64,000 bases of DNA from Vicinamibacteria bacterium (GCA_963422395.1 OY729431.1:1408001-1472000); one strand, 5' to 3'. Shown: positions 1 through 10,108, numbered from the stretch's first letter. Made by a program: numbers and translations. Notes: a model not told the origin generated them from the letters alone.

Positions 1-1732
1 GCGCCGGTGACTCGCACGACTTCGGTGAGGGTGGTCTCGCCTTCCACGAGCACCCGGACTGCCGACTGGCGGAGGCTGCGGTAGCCGTTACGGCGCGCGT
101 ACCGGGCCAGCTCCCGGCACCAGCGCCCCGCAGGATTTCAGCCGCCGCGGCCGGCCCCACCGGAAAGACCTCGAACACCCCTCGCCGTCCTCGATACCCC
201 GTCTCCAGGCAGCGGGCGCAGCCCCGGCCCGTTCGAACCCGCTTGCCGGCGAGTTCTGGCATGCCGACGGTTGCGGCCGCAGACGCCGAGACCGTGTCCC
301 ACACCGCACACCGCGAACAGACGGTGCGGAGCAGACGTTGCGCCAGCACTCCGACGAGCGTCGCTCCGATCAGGAAGCGCGGCACTCCGAGATCCTCCAG
401 CCTGGAGACCGCACCGGCGGCGTCATTCGTGTGGAGCGTGGACAGCACGAGGTGTCCGGTCAATGCTGCCTGCACCGCCATCTCCGCGGTTTCGCCATCC
501 CGGATCTCGCCCACCATCACGATGTCGGGGTCCTGCCGCAGCACGCTGCGGATCGCCGCCGAGAAATCGAGGTCGATGCGGGGGTTCACCTGAACCTGAC
601 TGAGTAGAGGATGGATCAGTTCGACCGGATCTTCGATGGTGATCACATTGACTTCGGGAGTCGCTACCTGCCGGAGGACCGAGTACAGGGTGGTCGTCTT
701 GCCGCTGCCCGTCGGCCCGGTGAGCAGGACCAACCCCTCCCGACGGCTGAGGATGGCGCGAAGACGCGCCTCTTCGTCTTCGGCGAGCCGGAGCTGTTCC
801 AGCGACGAGACGAGTGCTGAAGGATCGAAGATCCGGAGCACTGCTTTCTCTCCGAAGACGGTGGGCAGGGTGGATACCCGCAGCTCGATCTCGTGGTCGG
901 GTTCGATCCGCTTGAAACGGCCGTCCTGGGGTCGTCGTTTTTCGGCGATATCCAGCCCGCTCAGCATCTTGAGGCGGCTGACGACTGCCTGATAGACGAT
1001 GCGGGGGAAGGTGTGCATCGTGCGGAGCACGCCGTCCACCCGAAAACGCACGACGGCCAGATCTCGCTTCGGCTCCATGTGGATGTCCGAGGCCCGCTGC
1101 TCGAATGCCTGGTGCAGGATGCTGTCGAGGGCTGCGACGACCGGCCGGGTAGTCGGTTCGAGATCGACCGCGGCTTCGGATTCGGAGACGAACTCCTGGG
1201 TTCCGGGTGCGGGACCGGTCCCGTGCCGGTCGGTGAGTTCGGTTTCGGCGGCTTGAAGGGAAGTGCGGAGGTTGTAGAGACTTCCGTTGACCCCCTCGAT
1301 GTCGGAGCGAGTGGCGACCACGACTTCGACCCGAACTCCGAGATAGCGTTCGAGGTCGGCGATGGCGGCCCGTTCGTATGGATTCGCTACTGCGACGGTG
1401 AGCAGGTCTCCCTTCTTCGCGAGAGCGCAGATCGTGTGGCGGCGGGCGAACGGGGCCGGCAGCACCCCGGTGACCACATCGGCGTTCAACTCGGCTGGGT
1501 TTATGGAGCGGAAAGCGATCCGGGCGTCTCGCGCCACCGCTTGCGCGATGTCCTCCTCGGTCACCACTCCTGCAGCGAGAAGCGCAGCTTCGTGGCGATG
1601 CGCGGGAAGCTGCGCGATGCGGGCTACGGTATCGGTCGCGGGGAGGTTTCCCTGACGCCTCAGAACGGCCAAGAGGTCGGGAATCGGGTTCTCCACCAGC
1701 GGTCCGGCGGCGGGTACGGCTTCGTCAGGCAA
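1..1732 (-). CDS. GspE/PilB-family secretion/pilus ATPase; 3' end runs off the window; apparent 1-nt frameshift near 114-130
   Basis: Manual translation gives Walker A GPTGSGKTTT (~690-720), TIEDPVE, LRQDPDIVMVGEIRD, LTGHLVLSTLHTN and CxxC...CxxC. TTG start at 1732 follows GAGGAGG. The conserved tail (VEGETTLTEVVRV) is in a different frame from the rest. Confidence 0.85.
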   Translation of the reverse strand, partial: MPDEAVPAAGPLVENPIPDLLAVLRRQGNLPATDTVARIAQLPAHRHEAALLAAGVVTEEDIAQAVARDARIAFRSINPAELNADVVTGVLPAPFARRHTICALAKKGDLLTVAVANPYERAAIADLERYLGVRVEVVVATRSDIEGVNGSLYNLRTSLQAAETELTDRHGTGPAPGTQEFVSESEAAVDLEPTTRPVVAALDSILHQAFEQRASDIHMEPKRDLAVVRFRVDGVLRTMHTFPRIVYQAVVSRLKMLSGLDIAEKRRPQDGRFKRIEPDHEIELRVSTLPTVFGEKAVLRIFDPSALVSSLEQLRLAEDEEARLRAILSRREGLVLLTGPTGSGKTTTLYSVLRQVATPEVNVITIEDPVELIHPLLSQVQVNPRIDLDFSAAIRSVLRQDPDIVMVGEIRDGETAEMAVQAALTGHLVLSTLHTNDAAGAVSRLEDLGVPRFLIGATLVGVLAQRLLRTVCSRCAVWDTVSASAAATVGMPELAGKRVRTGRGCARCLETGYRGRRGVFEVFPVGPAAAAEILRGAGAGSWPGTRAVTATAASASRQSGCSWKARPPSPKSCESPA

Positions 1733-1917
1733 TGAAAAGGTCCTCCTCTATTCCTAGACGGAATTTCGGAGGTTTTCTGCTCACTGGCGAAGACCTTTTG
1801 GAGAAATTCGCGCAAAAGAAGACAGAAGCAGGGAGAGCGGGGAACGGCCCCGCGAACATGCCGGAGAGCGGCACTTCATCCACGGGCTGCCAGGAGTCTG
1901 CGCTGCAGAAAAAACGA

Positions 1918-1965
1918 CCACTATATGTAGTAGGTCGATTCGTCGATGACCACTACATATAGTGG
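1918..1965. promoter_or_regulatory. Tandem NrdR-box-like operators
   Basis: ccactatatgtagtag (1918-1933) and ccactacatatagtgg (1950-1965) start 32 bp apart and resemble the NrdR consensus acaCwAtATaTwGtg. They are also mutual inverted repeats. Confidence 0.55.
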
Positions 1966-2025
1966 TTGATCGCGTCTGGAATCGTTCTGCGGCGCAGCCT
2001 GCTAGGATGCGCCCCTCCTCGAGGC

Positions 2026-2100
2026 AGGCGCGTAGCTCAGGGGGAGAGCGCTACCTTGACGCGGTAGAAGTCGGCGGTTCAAATCCGCCCGCGCCTACCA
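2026..2100 (+). tRNA. tRNA-Val(GAC)
   Basis: Acceptor stem aggcgcg/cgcgcct, D-arm tagctcag, anticodon arm ctacc-ttGACgc-ggtag, T-loop gttcaaatc, encoded CCA. Confidence 0.97.
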
Positions 2101-2225
2101 CTCCCCCAATCGAAAACGCCCCAACCCGAAAGACCCGACTGGAAACCGGAGCCGACGATCTCCCCTGCGAATTCCCTCGCTGTCGCGCTTCCGGCGCGCC
2201 GGCTCCGCGGTCTCGGTGAGGAACG

Positions 2226-4139
2226 ATGGATCTCGTGACTCCGTTCCCCATCCGACTCGCTCTCGCCGAAGGGGGCGAGCTGACTCTTCCTGCCGGGTCC
2301 CGGCTCTCGGAAGTCGCACCGGCGTCGGCAGTGGCCGCGGTTCTCGACGGTCGGGAGGTGGACCTGGCCCACTGTCCTCAGAGTGACGCCGAAGTCCGTT
2401 TCCTGACGGTCGAGGATCCCGCCGGTCTGCATGTCTTCCGGCACAGTTCTGCCCACCTGCTCGCGGCGGCGGTCAAGGATCTGTTCCCCGAGGCCCGCTA
2501 CGGGGTGGGGCCGCCCATCGAGGACGGCTTCTACTACGACTTCCGAGTCGATGAACCCTTTTCGCCCGAGGACCTGGAACGGATCGAGCAGCGGATGCGG
2601 CAATTGGTGAAGGCACGCCTTCCCTTCGGTCGCGAAATCCTGTCTCGGGAGGATGCGGTCCGGGTGTTCGAGGAGCAGGGCGAGCCCTTCAAGGTCGAAC
2701 TGGTCCGTGAGAAGGGCGGGGAACAGGTCTCCTGCTATCGGGTGGGGAACTTCTTCGACTTCTGCGAGGGCCCCCATGTTCCGCACACCGGGGTGATCCG
2801 GGCGCTCAAGGTGCTGTCGAGTTCGGGCGCCTATTGGAAGGGCGACGCGAACGGCATCCCGATGCAGCGGATCTACGCCACGAGTTTTCCGGACCGAAAG
2901 CAGTTGGCCGGCTATCTGTCCCGCCGTGAGGAAGCGAAACGGCGCGATCACCGCCGTATCGGCCGCGACCAGCGGCTCTTCCTCATCCTCGAAGAGGCGC
3001 CCGGACAGGTTTTCTGGCTGCCTGACGGCATGGGAATCGTGAACCGGCTGCTCGACTCCATGCGGGGGAAGCTGGACCGGCGCGGTTACCAGGAGATCCG
3101 GACGCCTCTGATCCTGAACGAGGCGGTCTGGGCCCGGAGCGGCCACCTGGACCACTACCGCGACAACATGTTCTTCATCGTGTCGGACGAGAACCGTTTC
3201 GGCATCAAGCCGATGAACTGCCCCGGCGCGGCGCTGGTGTACCGCTCGGAGATCCGATCGTGGCGCGATCTGCCGCTCCGCCTTTCGGAGTTCGGGCACT
3301 GCCATCGCTTCGAGCCTTCGGGGGTGTTGTCCGGCCTCACCAGGGTGCGGGCCTTCACTCAGGACGACGCCCACCTCTACTGCCGGCTCGACCAGGTCCG
3401 AGACGAGGTTCTCGGATTGATGGACCTGGTGAAGGATGTCTATGGGGAGTTCGGGTTCGGGGACATCCGGGTGGAGCTTTCGACCCGTCCGCAAAAGTCC
3501 GTCGGCAGTGCGGAAATCTGGGATACCGCCGAGGCGGCCCTCGGAGAAGCTCTCGCCGAGTCCGGGGACCGCTGGTTCGTGAACCCCGGAGACGGTGCTT
3601 TCTATGGCCCCAAGATCGATTTCCATGTCCGGGACGCGCTGGGCCGGAGCCACCAGTGCGCCACGATCCAGCTCGACTTCTCGCAGGCGCCCGCCTTCGA
3701 TCTGTCCTACGCTGCCGAAGACGGTTCGCGCGAGCGGCCGGTGGTCATCCACCGCGCGATCCTTGGCTCGGTCGAGCGGTTCTTCGCACTGCTCGTGGAA
3801 CACACCGGCGGCGCATTTCCGGTCTGGATCGCACCCACTCAGGTTCAGCTGATCCCCATCGCCGACCGACACCGGGAGGCCGCCGCCGGCATCGCTGCGC
3901 GCTTCGGGACTCGCGGTTTCCGCGTCCGGCTCGACGACCGCCGCGAAAAGATGGGGTACAAGATCCGCCAGGCGGAACTGCGGCGCGTCCCCTTCATGGT
4001 GGTTCTGGGGGACCGCGAAGTCGAGGAGGGGACCCTCTCGGTTCGCACTCGGGGCCGGCCAGGCCAGGAGACCCTCACCGAAGCGGAACTCGCGGCGCGG
4101 ATCGAGGCGCTCATCGCCGAACGGTCCCTGTCGGTATGA
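2226..4139 (+). CDS. thrS: Threonine--tRNA ligase
   Basis: HSSAHLL, GPPIEDGFYYDF, CEGPHVPHTG, KPMNCPG, RVRAFTQDDAH, GAFYGPKIDF. Confidence 0.98.
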   Translation: MDLVTPFPIRLALAEGGELTLPAGSRLSEVAPASAVAAVLDGREVDLAHCPQSDAEVRFLTVEDPAGLHVFRHSSAHLLAAAVKDLFPEARYGVGPPIEDGFYYDFRVDEPFSPEDLERIEQRMRQLVKARLPFGREILSREDAVRVFEEQGEPFKVELVREKGGEQVSCYRVGNFFDFCEGPHVPHTGVIRALKVLSSSGAYWKGDANGIPMQRIYATSFPDRKQLAGYLSRREEAKRRDHRRIGRDQRLFLILEEAPGQVFWLPDGMGIVNRLLDSMRGKLDRRGYQEIRTPLILNEAVWARSGHLDHYRDNMFFIVSDENRFGIKPMNCPGAALVYRSEIRSWRDLPLRLSEFGHCHRFEPSGVLSGLTRVRAFTQDDAHLYCRLDQVRDEVLGLMDLVKDVYGEFGFGDIRVELSTRPQKSVGSAEIWDTAEAALGEALAESGDRWFVNPGDGAFYGPKIDFHVRDALGRSHQCATIQLDFSQAPAFDLSYAAEDGSRERPVVIHRAILGSVERFFALLVEHTGGAFPVWIAPTQVQLIPIADRHREAAAGIAARFGTRGFRVRLDDRREKMGYKIRQAELRRVPFMVVLGDREVEEGTLSVRTRGRPGQETLTEAELAARIEALIAERSLSV

Positions 4140-4241
4140 GCTGTCTTCGGGGACCGTGGCCGTTCGCGGGTCCGGGTCGTTTGGCGAATGGCCGACGAAG
4201 AGGCGATAATCCTCTGTCCCGCCGCACAGCGGAGGTGATCC

Positions 4242-4928
4242 ATCGATAGTTCGCTCAGGGTAAACGACCGGATTCGGGCACCCGTCGTTCTCGTGATCGG
4301 CGAGGACGGCGAGAAACTCGGCGATTTAGCCCTCGGGGATGCCCGGCGTCTTGCTGAAGGTCGCGGCCTCGATCTCGTCGAGATCGTGCCGAACCGCATG
4401 CCTCCGGTCTGCAAGATGATGAACTATGGGCGGTTCGTGTACCAACAGAGCAAGAAATCCCAAGAATCGCGCCGGCACCAGAAACAGAACCAGGTCAAGG
4501 AAGTCAAGTTCCGCATCATCATCGGCGAGCACGATCGGAGCACCAAGATGAAACAGATCGGTCGCTTCTTGCACGATGGGCACAAGGTCAAGGCCACGAT
4601 CTGGTTCAAGCGGGCCCGGGAGCGCAGCCGCCGCGAGCTGGGAGACCGCATCCTGGACGAGGTGACCACGGCGCTTGCAGAGATCGCGACCGTAGAGTCG
4701 AGGTCCAATGTGATCGGGAACCAGATGAGCATGATCCTCGCTCCGAATCGGCGGCTGCTCGAGGCGCTGCGCGAAGGGCGCTCCGGCAGGGCCGGCGACG
4801 AACCTCCGGCCCCCAGAATTCGGAGATCGCAGCGCGAGAAGGAATCTCCTTCCGGAGAGGAAACCCCGGTCCCTGGCGCTGTGCTGCCGGATGGGACCGC
4901 CGCCGCCAGCGCGGGAGGGAACCGATGA
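4242..4928 (+). CDS. infC: Translation initiation factor IF-3, non-canonical ATC start
   Basis: GGAGGTGA SD then in-frame ATC at 4242 ([13 protein letters not shown]...); motifs [31 protein letters not shown]. Confidence 0.93.
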   Translation: MDSSLRVNDRIRAPVVLVIGEDGEKLGDLALGDARRLAEGRGLDLVEIVPNRMPPVCKMMNYGRFVYQQSKKSQESRRHQKQNQVKEVKFRIIIGEHDRSTKMKQIGRFLHDGHKVKATIWFKRARERSRRELGDRILDEVTTALAEIATVESRSNVIGNQMSMILAPNRRLLEALREGRSGRAGDEPPAPRIRRSQREKESPSGEETPVPGAVLPDGTAAASAGGNR

Positions 4929-5119
4929 AACTCAAGATGAAGACCCATCGCGGGGCCGCCAAGCGGTTCCGCAAGACCGCCAGCGGGCGGATTCGCCGTC
5001 GGCGGGCCTACCACAGTCACATTCTCACCAAGAAGTCCGCGAAGCGGCGCCGCCGGCTGCGCAGCGGCGCTTGGGTCTTCGAAGGCGAAGCGAAGAGGAT
5101 CGCCCGCATCATCGGCTGA
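4925..5119 (+). CDS. rpmI: 50S ribosomal protein L35
   Basis: [12 protein letters not shown]...HSHILTKKS; lies after infC. Confidence 0.97.
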   Translation: MKLKMKTHRGAAKRFRKTASGRIRRRRAYHSHILTKKSAKRRRRLRSGAWVFEGEAKRIARIIG

Positions 5120-5185
5120 GCCCATCGCCCGATACCAGAACCCGAACCGAACGATGTCGGAGGCAGCGACCATGGAGAAGACCTC

Positions 5186-5560
5186 ATGTCCCGCGTGAAG
5201 CGAGGGACGCACCGTCGGGACCGGCGGCGGCGGGTACTGAAACTGACCCGCGGCTACCGCGGCATGCGGGGCCGGCTGTACCGCCATGCGATGCAGGCGG
5301 TGGACCGCGCCCTCTCGTACGCCTACCGGGACCGCCGGAACCGAAAGCGGGATTTCCGCCGGCTCTGGATCACCCGGATCAGCGCGGCTTCCCGTGAACG
5401 GGGGCTTCCGTACGCGCAGTTCGCTCACGGCCTGTCGCTGGCTCAGGTGGGCGTGGATCGAAAGCAGCTCGCCGAACTGGCGGTCCATGACCCTGCGGCA
5501 TTCGACTTTTTGGTGGACCGGGCGCGGTCTGCGCTGGACGACCGTCCGTCGCCCGCCTGA
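5186..5560 (+). CDS. rplT: 50S ribosomal protein L20
   Basis: MSRVKRG...YAYRDRRNRKRDFRRLWITRI. Confidence 0.98.
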   Translation: MSRVKRGTHRRDRRRRVLKLTRGYRGMRGRLYRHAMQAVDRALSYAYRDRRNRKRDFRRLWITRISAASRERGLPYAQFAHGLSLAQVGVDRKQLAELAVHDPAAFDFLVDRARSALDDRPSPA

Positions 5561-5604
5561 AATCCGGAGACTCCGGCTGCTTGTCATTCGGAGGAGAGGC
5601 CCTC

Positions 5605-5880
5605 ATGGCGGAGGCCGCTGCCGCCGTTCGCAGCTTGCTCCCCGACATCGAGCGGGTTTCGGCTGCCGCCGATTCCGCGCTGAGCCAACTGCGGACGGCT
5701 TCCGAGCGAGCTGCCATGGACTGTCGTTCCCTGGAGCAGGAGGGCGAGGCGGCCCGGGTCCGCCGCGAGCGGGTCGAAGAGGCGTTGCGCCTCCTCCAGG
5801 AGGAGCGAAAGGCAACGCGGAGTCTTCTGGTCCGAATCGTCGGAAGCAGTGAGTCAGGACAGAAAGTGGAAGCCGGATGA
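5605..5880 (+). CDS. Small coiled-coil protein (ZapB-like position)
   Basis: GGAGGAG SD, E/R/L/A-rich heptad character, directly upstream of zapA. Confidence 0.55.
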   Translation: MAEAAAAVRSLLPDIERVSAAADSALSQLRTASERAAMDCRSLEQEGEAARVRRERVEEALRLLQEERKATRSLLVRIVGSSESGQKVEAG

Positions 5881-6226
5881 GGTTACGGAGAAGGGACCTT
5901 TGAGCGGCATCGTCGAAGTCGAGGTCGCTGGCCGCTCCTACCGGCTGTGCTCCGACGAGGACGGCACCGATCTACAGCAGGTGGCCGCTCTCGTGAACGA
6001 GCGAGTCGGAGAGATCCTGTCGGCGGCGCCCGGTCTGGCGCCAGAACGGGCGGCGATTCTGGCAGCGCTGAACATGGGCGATGAACTGCTCCGGGAACGC
6101 CGCGCCGCCGCCGCGCAGGCGGAGGCGGTGGAAGCCGCCGTCGAAGAGGCACGGGAGCGACTCGTCGGCCTGGCGGAGCGCCTCGACGAGGCGGGCGCGC
6201 TGCGGGAAAACGCCGCTGGCGGCTGA
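5849..6226 (+). CDS. zapA: Cell division protein ZapA
   Basis: VEVEVAGRSYRL...VAALVNERV...AILAALNMGDEL. Confidence 0.88.
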   Translation: MSQDRKWKPDEVTEKGPLSGIVEVEVAGRSYRLCSDEDGTDLQQVAALVNERVGEILSAAPGLAPERAAILAALNMGDELLRERRAAAAQAEAVEAAVEEARERLVGLAERLDEAGALRENAAGG

Positions 6227-6271
6227 GGGGCGCGCCCTCGATCCGGCCTTCCGGGCGGCTTCGGAGGAGCA

Positions 6272-7345
6272 GTGCCGAAGACCCGGGAAGACCGCTTCCT
6301 TGCACGGCTCCTCGATTCGCTCCCGGCTCTCGGAAAAACGCCTGACCGTGGAACCGACGGTGGGCCGCCCCGAGCCGGGGAGGTGCCGGAGATCGTGCTC
6401 GGGCCGGGTGACGATGCCGCGGTGGTGCGCTGGTCCGGCGGCCGGCTGCTGTTGCTCAGCACCGATGCTGCCGAGGAGGGAGTCCATTTCGATCTCCGCA
6501 CTCATCCGCTGCGTGCCGTCGGACGGCGCGCCGTCGCTGCTGCGCTCAGCGACCTGGCGGCCATGGGGGGCCAGGCTGTCGGGACACTCGTTTCGTTGGT
6601 GGCCGCTCCCGCCAGACAGGAAGCCGCCGCCGAGGCAGCGGCGGCGGCTTTCGAGCGCGCCCAGGAGCTCGGTGCGCCGATCCTGGGCGGCAACATCACC
6701 GCAGGGGCACGGCTCGCCCTGCATGTCACGGTGGTCGGGGCGATGGCACCCGGAGTCGCGCCGCTGCCGAGGTCGGGGGCACGGCCGGGGGACGGCCTGT
6801 TCGTGACCGGCGCTCTGGGGGGGGCGGCGCTCGGACTCGCGGTCCTGCGGCGGTGTGCAGCTGCTTCCACCCACCCGACCCCCGAAGAGAAGCCGTTCGT
6901 ACGGCGCCAGCTGGAACCGACTCCGTGTCTTGCTGCCGGTGCGCTCTTCGCTTCCTGCGGGGCGGTCCGCGCTGCGATGGACATCTCGGACGGCCTCGCT
7001 CTCGACCTCCACCGGCTAGCCGCCGCGAGCGGTGTCGGTGCGATCCTCACCGCGGCGCGAATTCCGCTGGCGCAGCCCGGCAGCGCCGGTCTGACGGCGG
7101 CGCTTTGCGGCGGCGAGGACTACGAACTGCTGCTGGCCGGGCCCGAGGCGAAACTGGAACGGGCGGCCGAAGCCGGTTCCGTCCCGTTGACCCGCATCGG
7201 ACGAATCACCGAACGGGCGGACGGGATGCGCCTTCGTCATCCGGACGGGCGCCTCGAGCCGCTGCCTTCCGGCGGCTGGGACGGGCTCGAGGAGGGAGCG
7301 CCCGCGAAAAGTTCGGGAGCGGGGCGGGGCGTCCCCCGGCGCTGA
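6272..7345 (+). CDS. thiL: Thiamine-monophosphate kinase
   Basis: GPGDDAAV, EGVHFD, LSDLAAMGG, AMDISDGL, GGEDYELL. Confidence 0.95.
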   Translation: MPKTREDRFLARLLDSLPALGKTPDRGTDGGPPRAGEVPEIVLGPGDDAAVVRWSGGRLLLLSTDAAEEGVHFDLRTHPLRAVGRRAVAAALSDLAAMGGQAVGTLVSLVAAPARQEAAAEAAAAAFERAQELGAPILGGNITAGARLALHVTVVGAMAPGVAPLPRSGARPGDGLFVTGALGGAALGLAVLRRCAAASTHPTPEEKPFVRRQLEPTPCLAAGALFASCGAVRAAMDISDGLALDLHRLAAASGVGAILTAARIPLAQPGSAGLTAALCGGEDYELLLAGPEAKLERAAEAGSVPLTRIGRITERADGMRLRHPDGRLEPLPSGGWDGLEEGAPAKSSGAGRGVPRR

Positions 7346-7383
7346 GGTCCTGCCCCCGGTTTCGCCTCCCTAGCAGCAGACTG

Positions 7384-7580
7384 CTAGCAGTCCGTGGATG
7401 AAGTGGCGCGAGCACCGAGGCCGGGGAGGCGCCTGGCGGACAAGGCGCGAATCGGGACGGCATACCGGGCGTATTCCGACGGATTCGCAACGAAGAGCGA
7501 AGCGGTTCAGCCGGGGCCCCCACCGGGAGAACTGGGCATCGCCGGTCGACTGCCGTGTGACTTTGTCCAGGGGCTGCTAA
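7384..7580 (+). mobile_element. MITE-like repeat, copy 1
   Basis: Ends ctagcagtccgtggatgaagt ... actttgtccaggggctgctaa form imperfect inverted repeats; internal core caaggcgcgaatcggga...cataccggg.gtattccgacgga shared with other copies. Confidence 0.8.
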
Positions 7581-7608
7581 GGGAGAGTCGAGGCGGCGGA
7601 CGGCTGGA

Positions 7609-9126
7609 TCAGGCCGCTTCCACGAATGCGGCCGCCGCCGAAAAGAGCGCTTCTTCCCCCCAGGGGGGGGCCATGAGTTCCACTCCGAACGGGAGGCCGC
7701 GGCTCTCCCCAGCTGGCAGCGAGATCGCTGGCAGTGCGGCGAGCGACGCCAGAATCGTGAAGCGGTCGGAGCGGTATTCCTGGGCTCGGGGCGGTGGCTC
7801 GTCGAGCAGCCGGGGTGGGCCGCAGGTGATCGGCAGGAGCAGGAGCTCCCTTTCGCCGAACAGGCCGAGGAGTTCCCTGGCGATGCGCTTTCGGATCTCG
7901 GTGGATGCCCGATAGATGGAATCCCGGTAACCGCGCGACAGGACCGTGGCCCCGGCCAGGATGCGCCGCCGCACCTCCCGGCCCAACCCTCGGGTCCGGG
8001 TTTCCCGGAAAGCGGCCTCGAGTCGCAGGCCTCCTGCCTCGGGTTGGCCATAGCGCATGCCGTCGAAGCGAGCGAGGTTCGAACTCGCCTCGGCGCAGGC
8101 GAGCAGGTAGTAGGCCGCGACCGCGGTCTCGGTATCGGGAAGCTCCACGCGTCGGACGATGACTCCCCGCTGTTCGAAACGCCGGATGACAGCGGCGAAA
8201 GCCTCTTGCGACGCCGGATCGAGCACCGCCAGATCGTTCTCGCCGCACGCTGCGATAGTGCGCGGCAGAGCGGGGCGCCCGGCAGCGGCGGCAAAGTCGG
8301 GAACATCTCTCGCAGCAGAGGTCGCGTCGCGCGGATCGAGCCCGGCGACCGCGCCGAGGACCCGCCCCAGGTCGGTCAGATCCGATGCCAGGCAGCCGAC
8401 CTGGTCGAAGGAAGAGGCGTACGCGGTGACACCGTAGCGGGACACCCGGCCGTAGGTCGGCCGAATTCCGAACACCCCGCAGTGGGCTGCCGGTTGCCGG
8501 ACCGAGCCCCCGGTGTCGGTCCCGAGCGCGGCGTGGGCGGTCCCCGCGGCGACCGCCGCCGCCGAACCGCCCGAAGACCCTCCGGCCACCCGCTGCGGGT
8601 CCGCCGGATTGCGGCTGGGGCCGTGGAATCCGCGCGTCGTGGCCGACCCCATTCCGAACTCGTCGAGGTTGGTGGTGCCGAGCAGGACCGCACCCGCACC
8701 GCGCAGCCGTTCCACCACGGTGGCGTCGTAAGGAGCGCGATAGCCGCGCAGCAGAGCCGACCCCGAAGTCGAGAGCCAGCTGCGGACCGCGATGTTGTCC
8801 TTGACTGCGACCGGCAGTCCGAACAGAGGTCCCCTTCGATGGCGTGGTTGCCGGTCCAGACTCCGGGCGCGGGCGCGGGCGCCCTCGCGGTCGATATGCA
8901 AGAAGGCACGGACCGAGTCGTCTACCGCATCGATCCGGCCGAGCGCGAGCTCGGTCGCCTCCCCGGCAGAGGCTTCTCCGGAGCGCAGCCGGACGGCCCG
9001 CCGCCGGCGTTCCGGCTCCGGGAGCAGCAATCCCTGCCTCACCAGCGTGTTTCCGAAGCCTCCCCCGGCGTTCGCGGATCGATGCTGGCCCCGCATGGAG
9101 CGAGGGGCTCGCACCGCTTCATCCAC
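7609..9126 (-). CDS. gatA: GatA-like amidotransferase subunit A (start uncertain)
   Basis: VAVKDNI, TNLDEFGMGS, GGSSGGSAAAV, GTDTGGSVRQPA, PTYGRVSRYG, EASSNLARFDG, EVRRRILAG. Confidence 0.88.
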   Translation of the reverse strand: MDEAVRAPRSMRGQHRSANAGGGFGNTLVRQGLLLPEPERRRRAVRLRSGEASAGEATELALGRIDAVDDSVRAFLHIDREGARARARSLDRQPRHRRGPLFGLPVAVKDNIAVRSWLSTSGSALLRGYRAPYDATVVERLRGAGAVLLGTTNLDEFGMGSATTRGFHGPSRNPADPQRVAGGSSGGSAAAVAAGTAHAALGTDTGGSVRQPAAHCGVFGIRPTYGRVSRYGVTAYASSFDQVGCLASDLTDLGRVLGAVAGLDPRDATSAARDVPDFAAAAGRPALPRTIAACGENDLAVLDPASQEAFAAVIRRFEQRGVIVRRVELPDTETAVAAYYLLACAEASSNLARFDGMRYGQPEAGGLRLEAAFRETRTRGLGREVRRRILAGATVLSRGYRDSIYRASTEIRKRIARELLGLFGERELLLLPITCGPPRLLDEPPPRAQEYRSDRFTILASLAALPAISLPAGESRGLPFGVELMAPPWGEEALFSAAAAFVEAA

Positions 9127-9132
9127 AGATCG

Positions 9133-9429
9133 CTACAGCACGCGCGGGACGAGCACCAAGCGGTCTCCGTGTTCGGGAGCGAGGGCGAAGACCGCGTCGT
9201 CCGCAAGCCCGTCCTGAGGATCGTCGGCGCGGAGCCGGCACGGAACCGGCGCGTCCGCAGCCTCTCCGCCGACGGCCTCTCCACTGGCCGGCGCGTCATC
9301 TCCATGAACCCTGGACGCGAAGACGCGGAGCATGAGGCGCGCCTGCAGCATGGCGTCTCTCTCCCGCGGGTCTTCGGGAAACCGCAGGGCCACCAGCCCG
9401 GCGATCTCGAGGAATTCGGCCTTGTTCAC
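9133..9429 (-). CDS. gatC: GatC-like subunit
   Basis: About 98 aa, directly upstream of gatA; LRADDP...ALAPE...VLVPRVL C-terminus. Confidence 0.7.
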   Translation of the reverse strand: MNKAEFLEIAGLVALRFPEDPRERDAMLQARLMLRVFASRVHGDDAPASGEAVGGEAADAPVPCRLRADDPQDGLADDAVFALAPEHGDRLVLVPRVL

Positions 9430-9499
9430 GACGCTTCGAAGCGCCTCCCGGACTGCTCTGAGTATAGTCGGCAAGGTGTGAATTGCGGGGGCGGCCCCG

Positions 9500-9780
9500 A
9501 TGCTGGCTTCCCTGATTTCCGCTGTCCGGTTCCGGAGCAGCGGGCGCGGCCGTCCCCTCCCGCGCTGCGTCTTCGGGCGGCGAGGCCGCTGGTACAGGCT
9601 CTGCCAGCGAGTCGTTCGTTTTCCCCGCCGAGTTCGAACCACACCGGGCGCTCTGGATGGCGTGGACCACATACGAGAACCAGCGCGGCCTGCCGACCGA
9701 GCCGCTGCTCCTCGAAATCATCCGTGCTGCCGAGGGTCGGGTGGCCATCGAACTCCTGGCCCAGAACGAAGGCGGAGGCG
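9500..9780 (+). pseudogene. Truncated agmatine deiminase N-terminal remnant
   Basis: The 9657 frame reads FVFPAEFEPHRALWMAW, matching the AguA PAEWEPH..W..W motif. In-frame stop at 9513, similarity fades by ~9780, and it lies upstream of an aguB-like gene. Confidence 0.65.
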
Positions 9781-9950
9781 CCCTCAGTCTGCTTCCAGCC
9801 TCGCGGTGCTGGGGCTCGCGGTCGCTATCCGACGGCCAAGTCACACGGCATTGCCGAGTAGTGAAGGGCTCCCGGTCGAGGATCCCCGACCGAGCCCCTC
9901 ACTCTCCGGCGTGCTCGCGGGGCCATAATTCGGCCCCGCTCGGAGCGACG

Positions 9951-10108
9951 GCGATGCCCAGTCCTCCCGGTGGGGGCCCCGGCTGAACCGCTTCGCTCTT
10001 CGTTGCAAATCCGTCGGAATACGCCCGGTATGCCTCCCGATTCGCACCTTGTCAGCCAGGCGCCTCCCCGGTCTCGGTGCTCGCGCCACTTCATCCACGG
10101 ACTCCTGG
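9951..10108 (-). mobile_element. MITE-like repeat, copy 2 (partial)
   Basis: Near-identical reverse complement of ~7388-7545. Confidence 0.85.

Noticed and set aside
2026-2225. tRNA as an integration site for an island
   Set aside because: No integrase or duplicated tRNA 3' end seen; thrS follows directly.
6227-6271. 6S RNA expected after zapA
   Set aside because: Only about 45 bp separate zapA from thiL.
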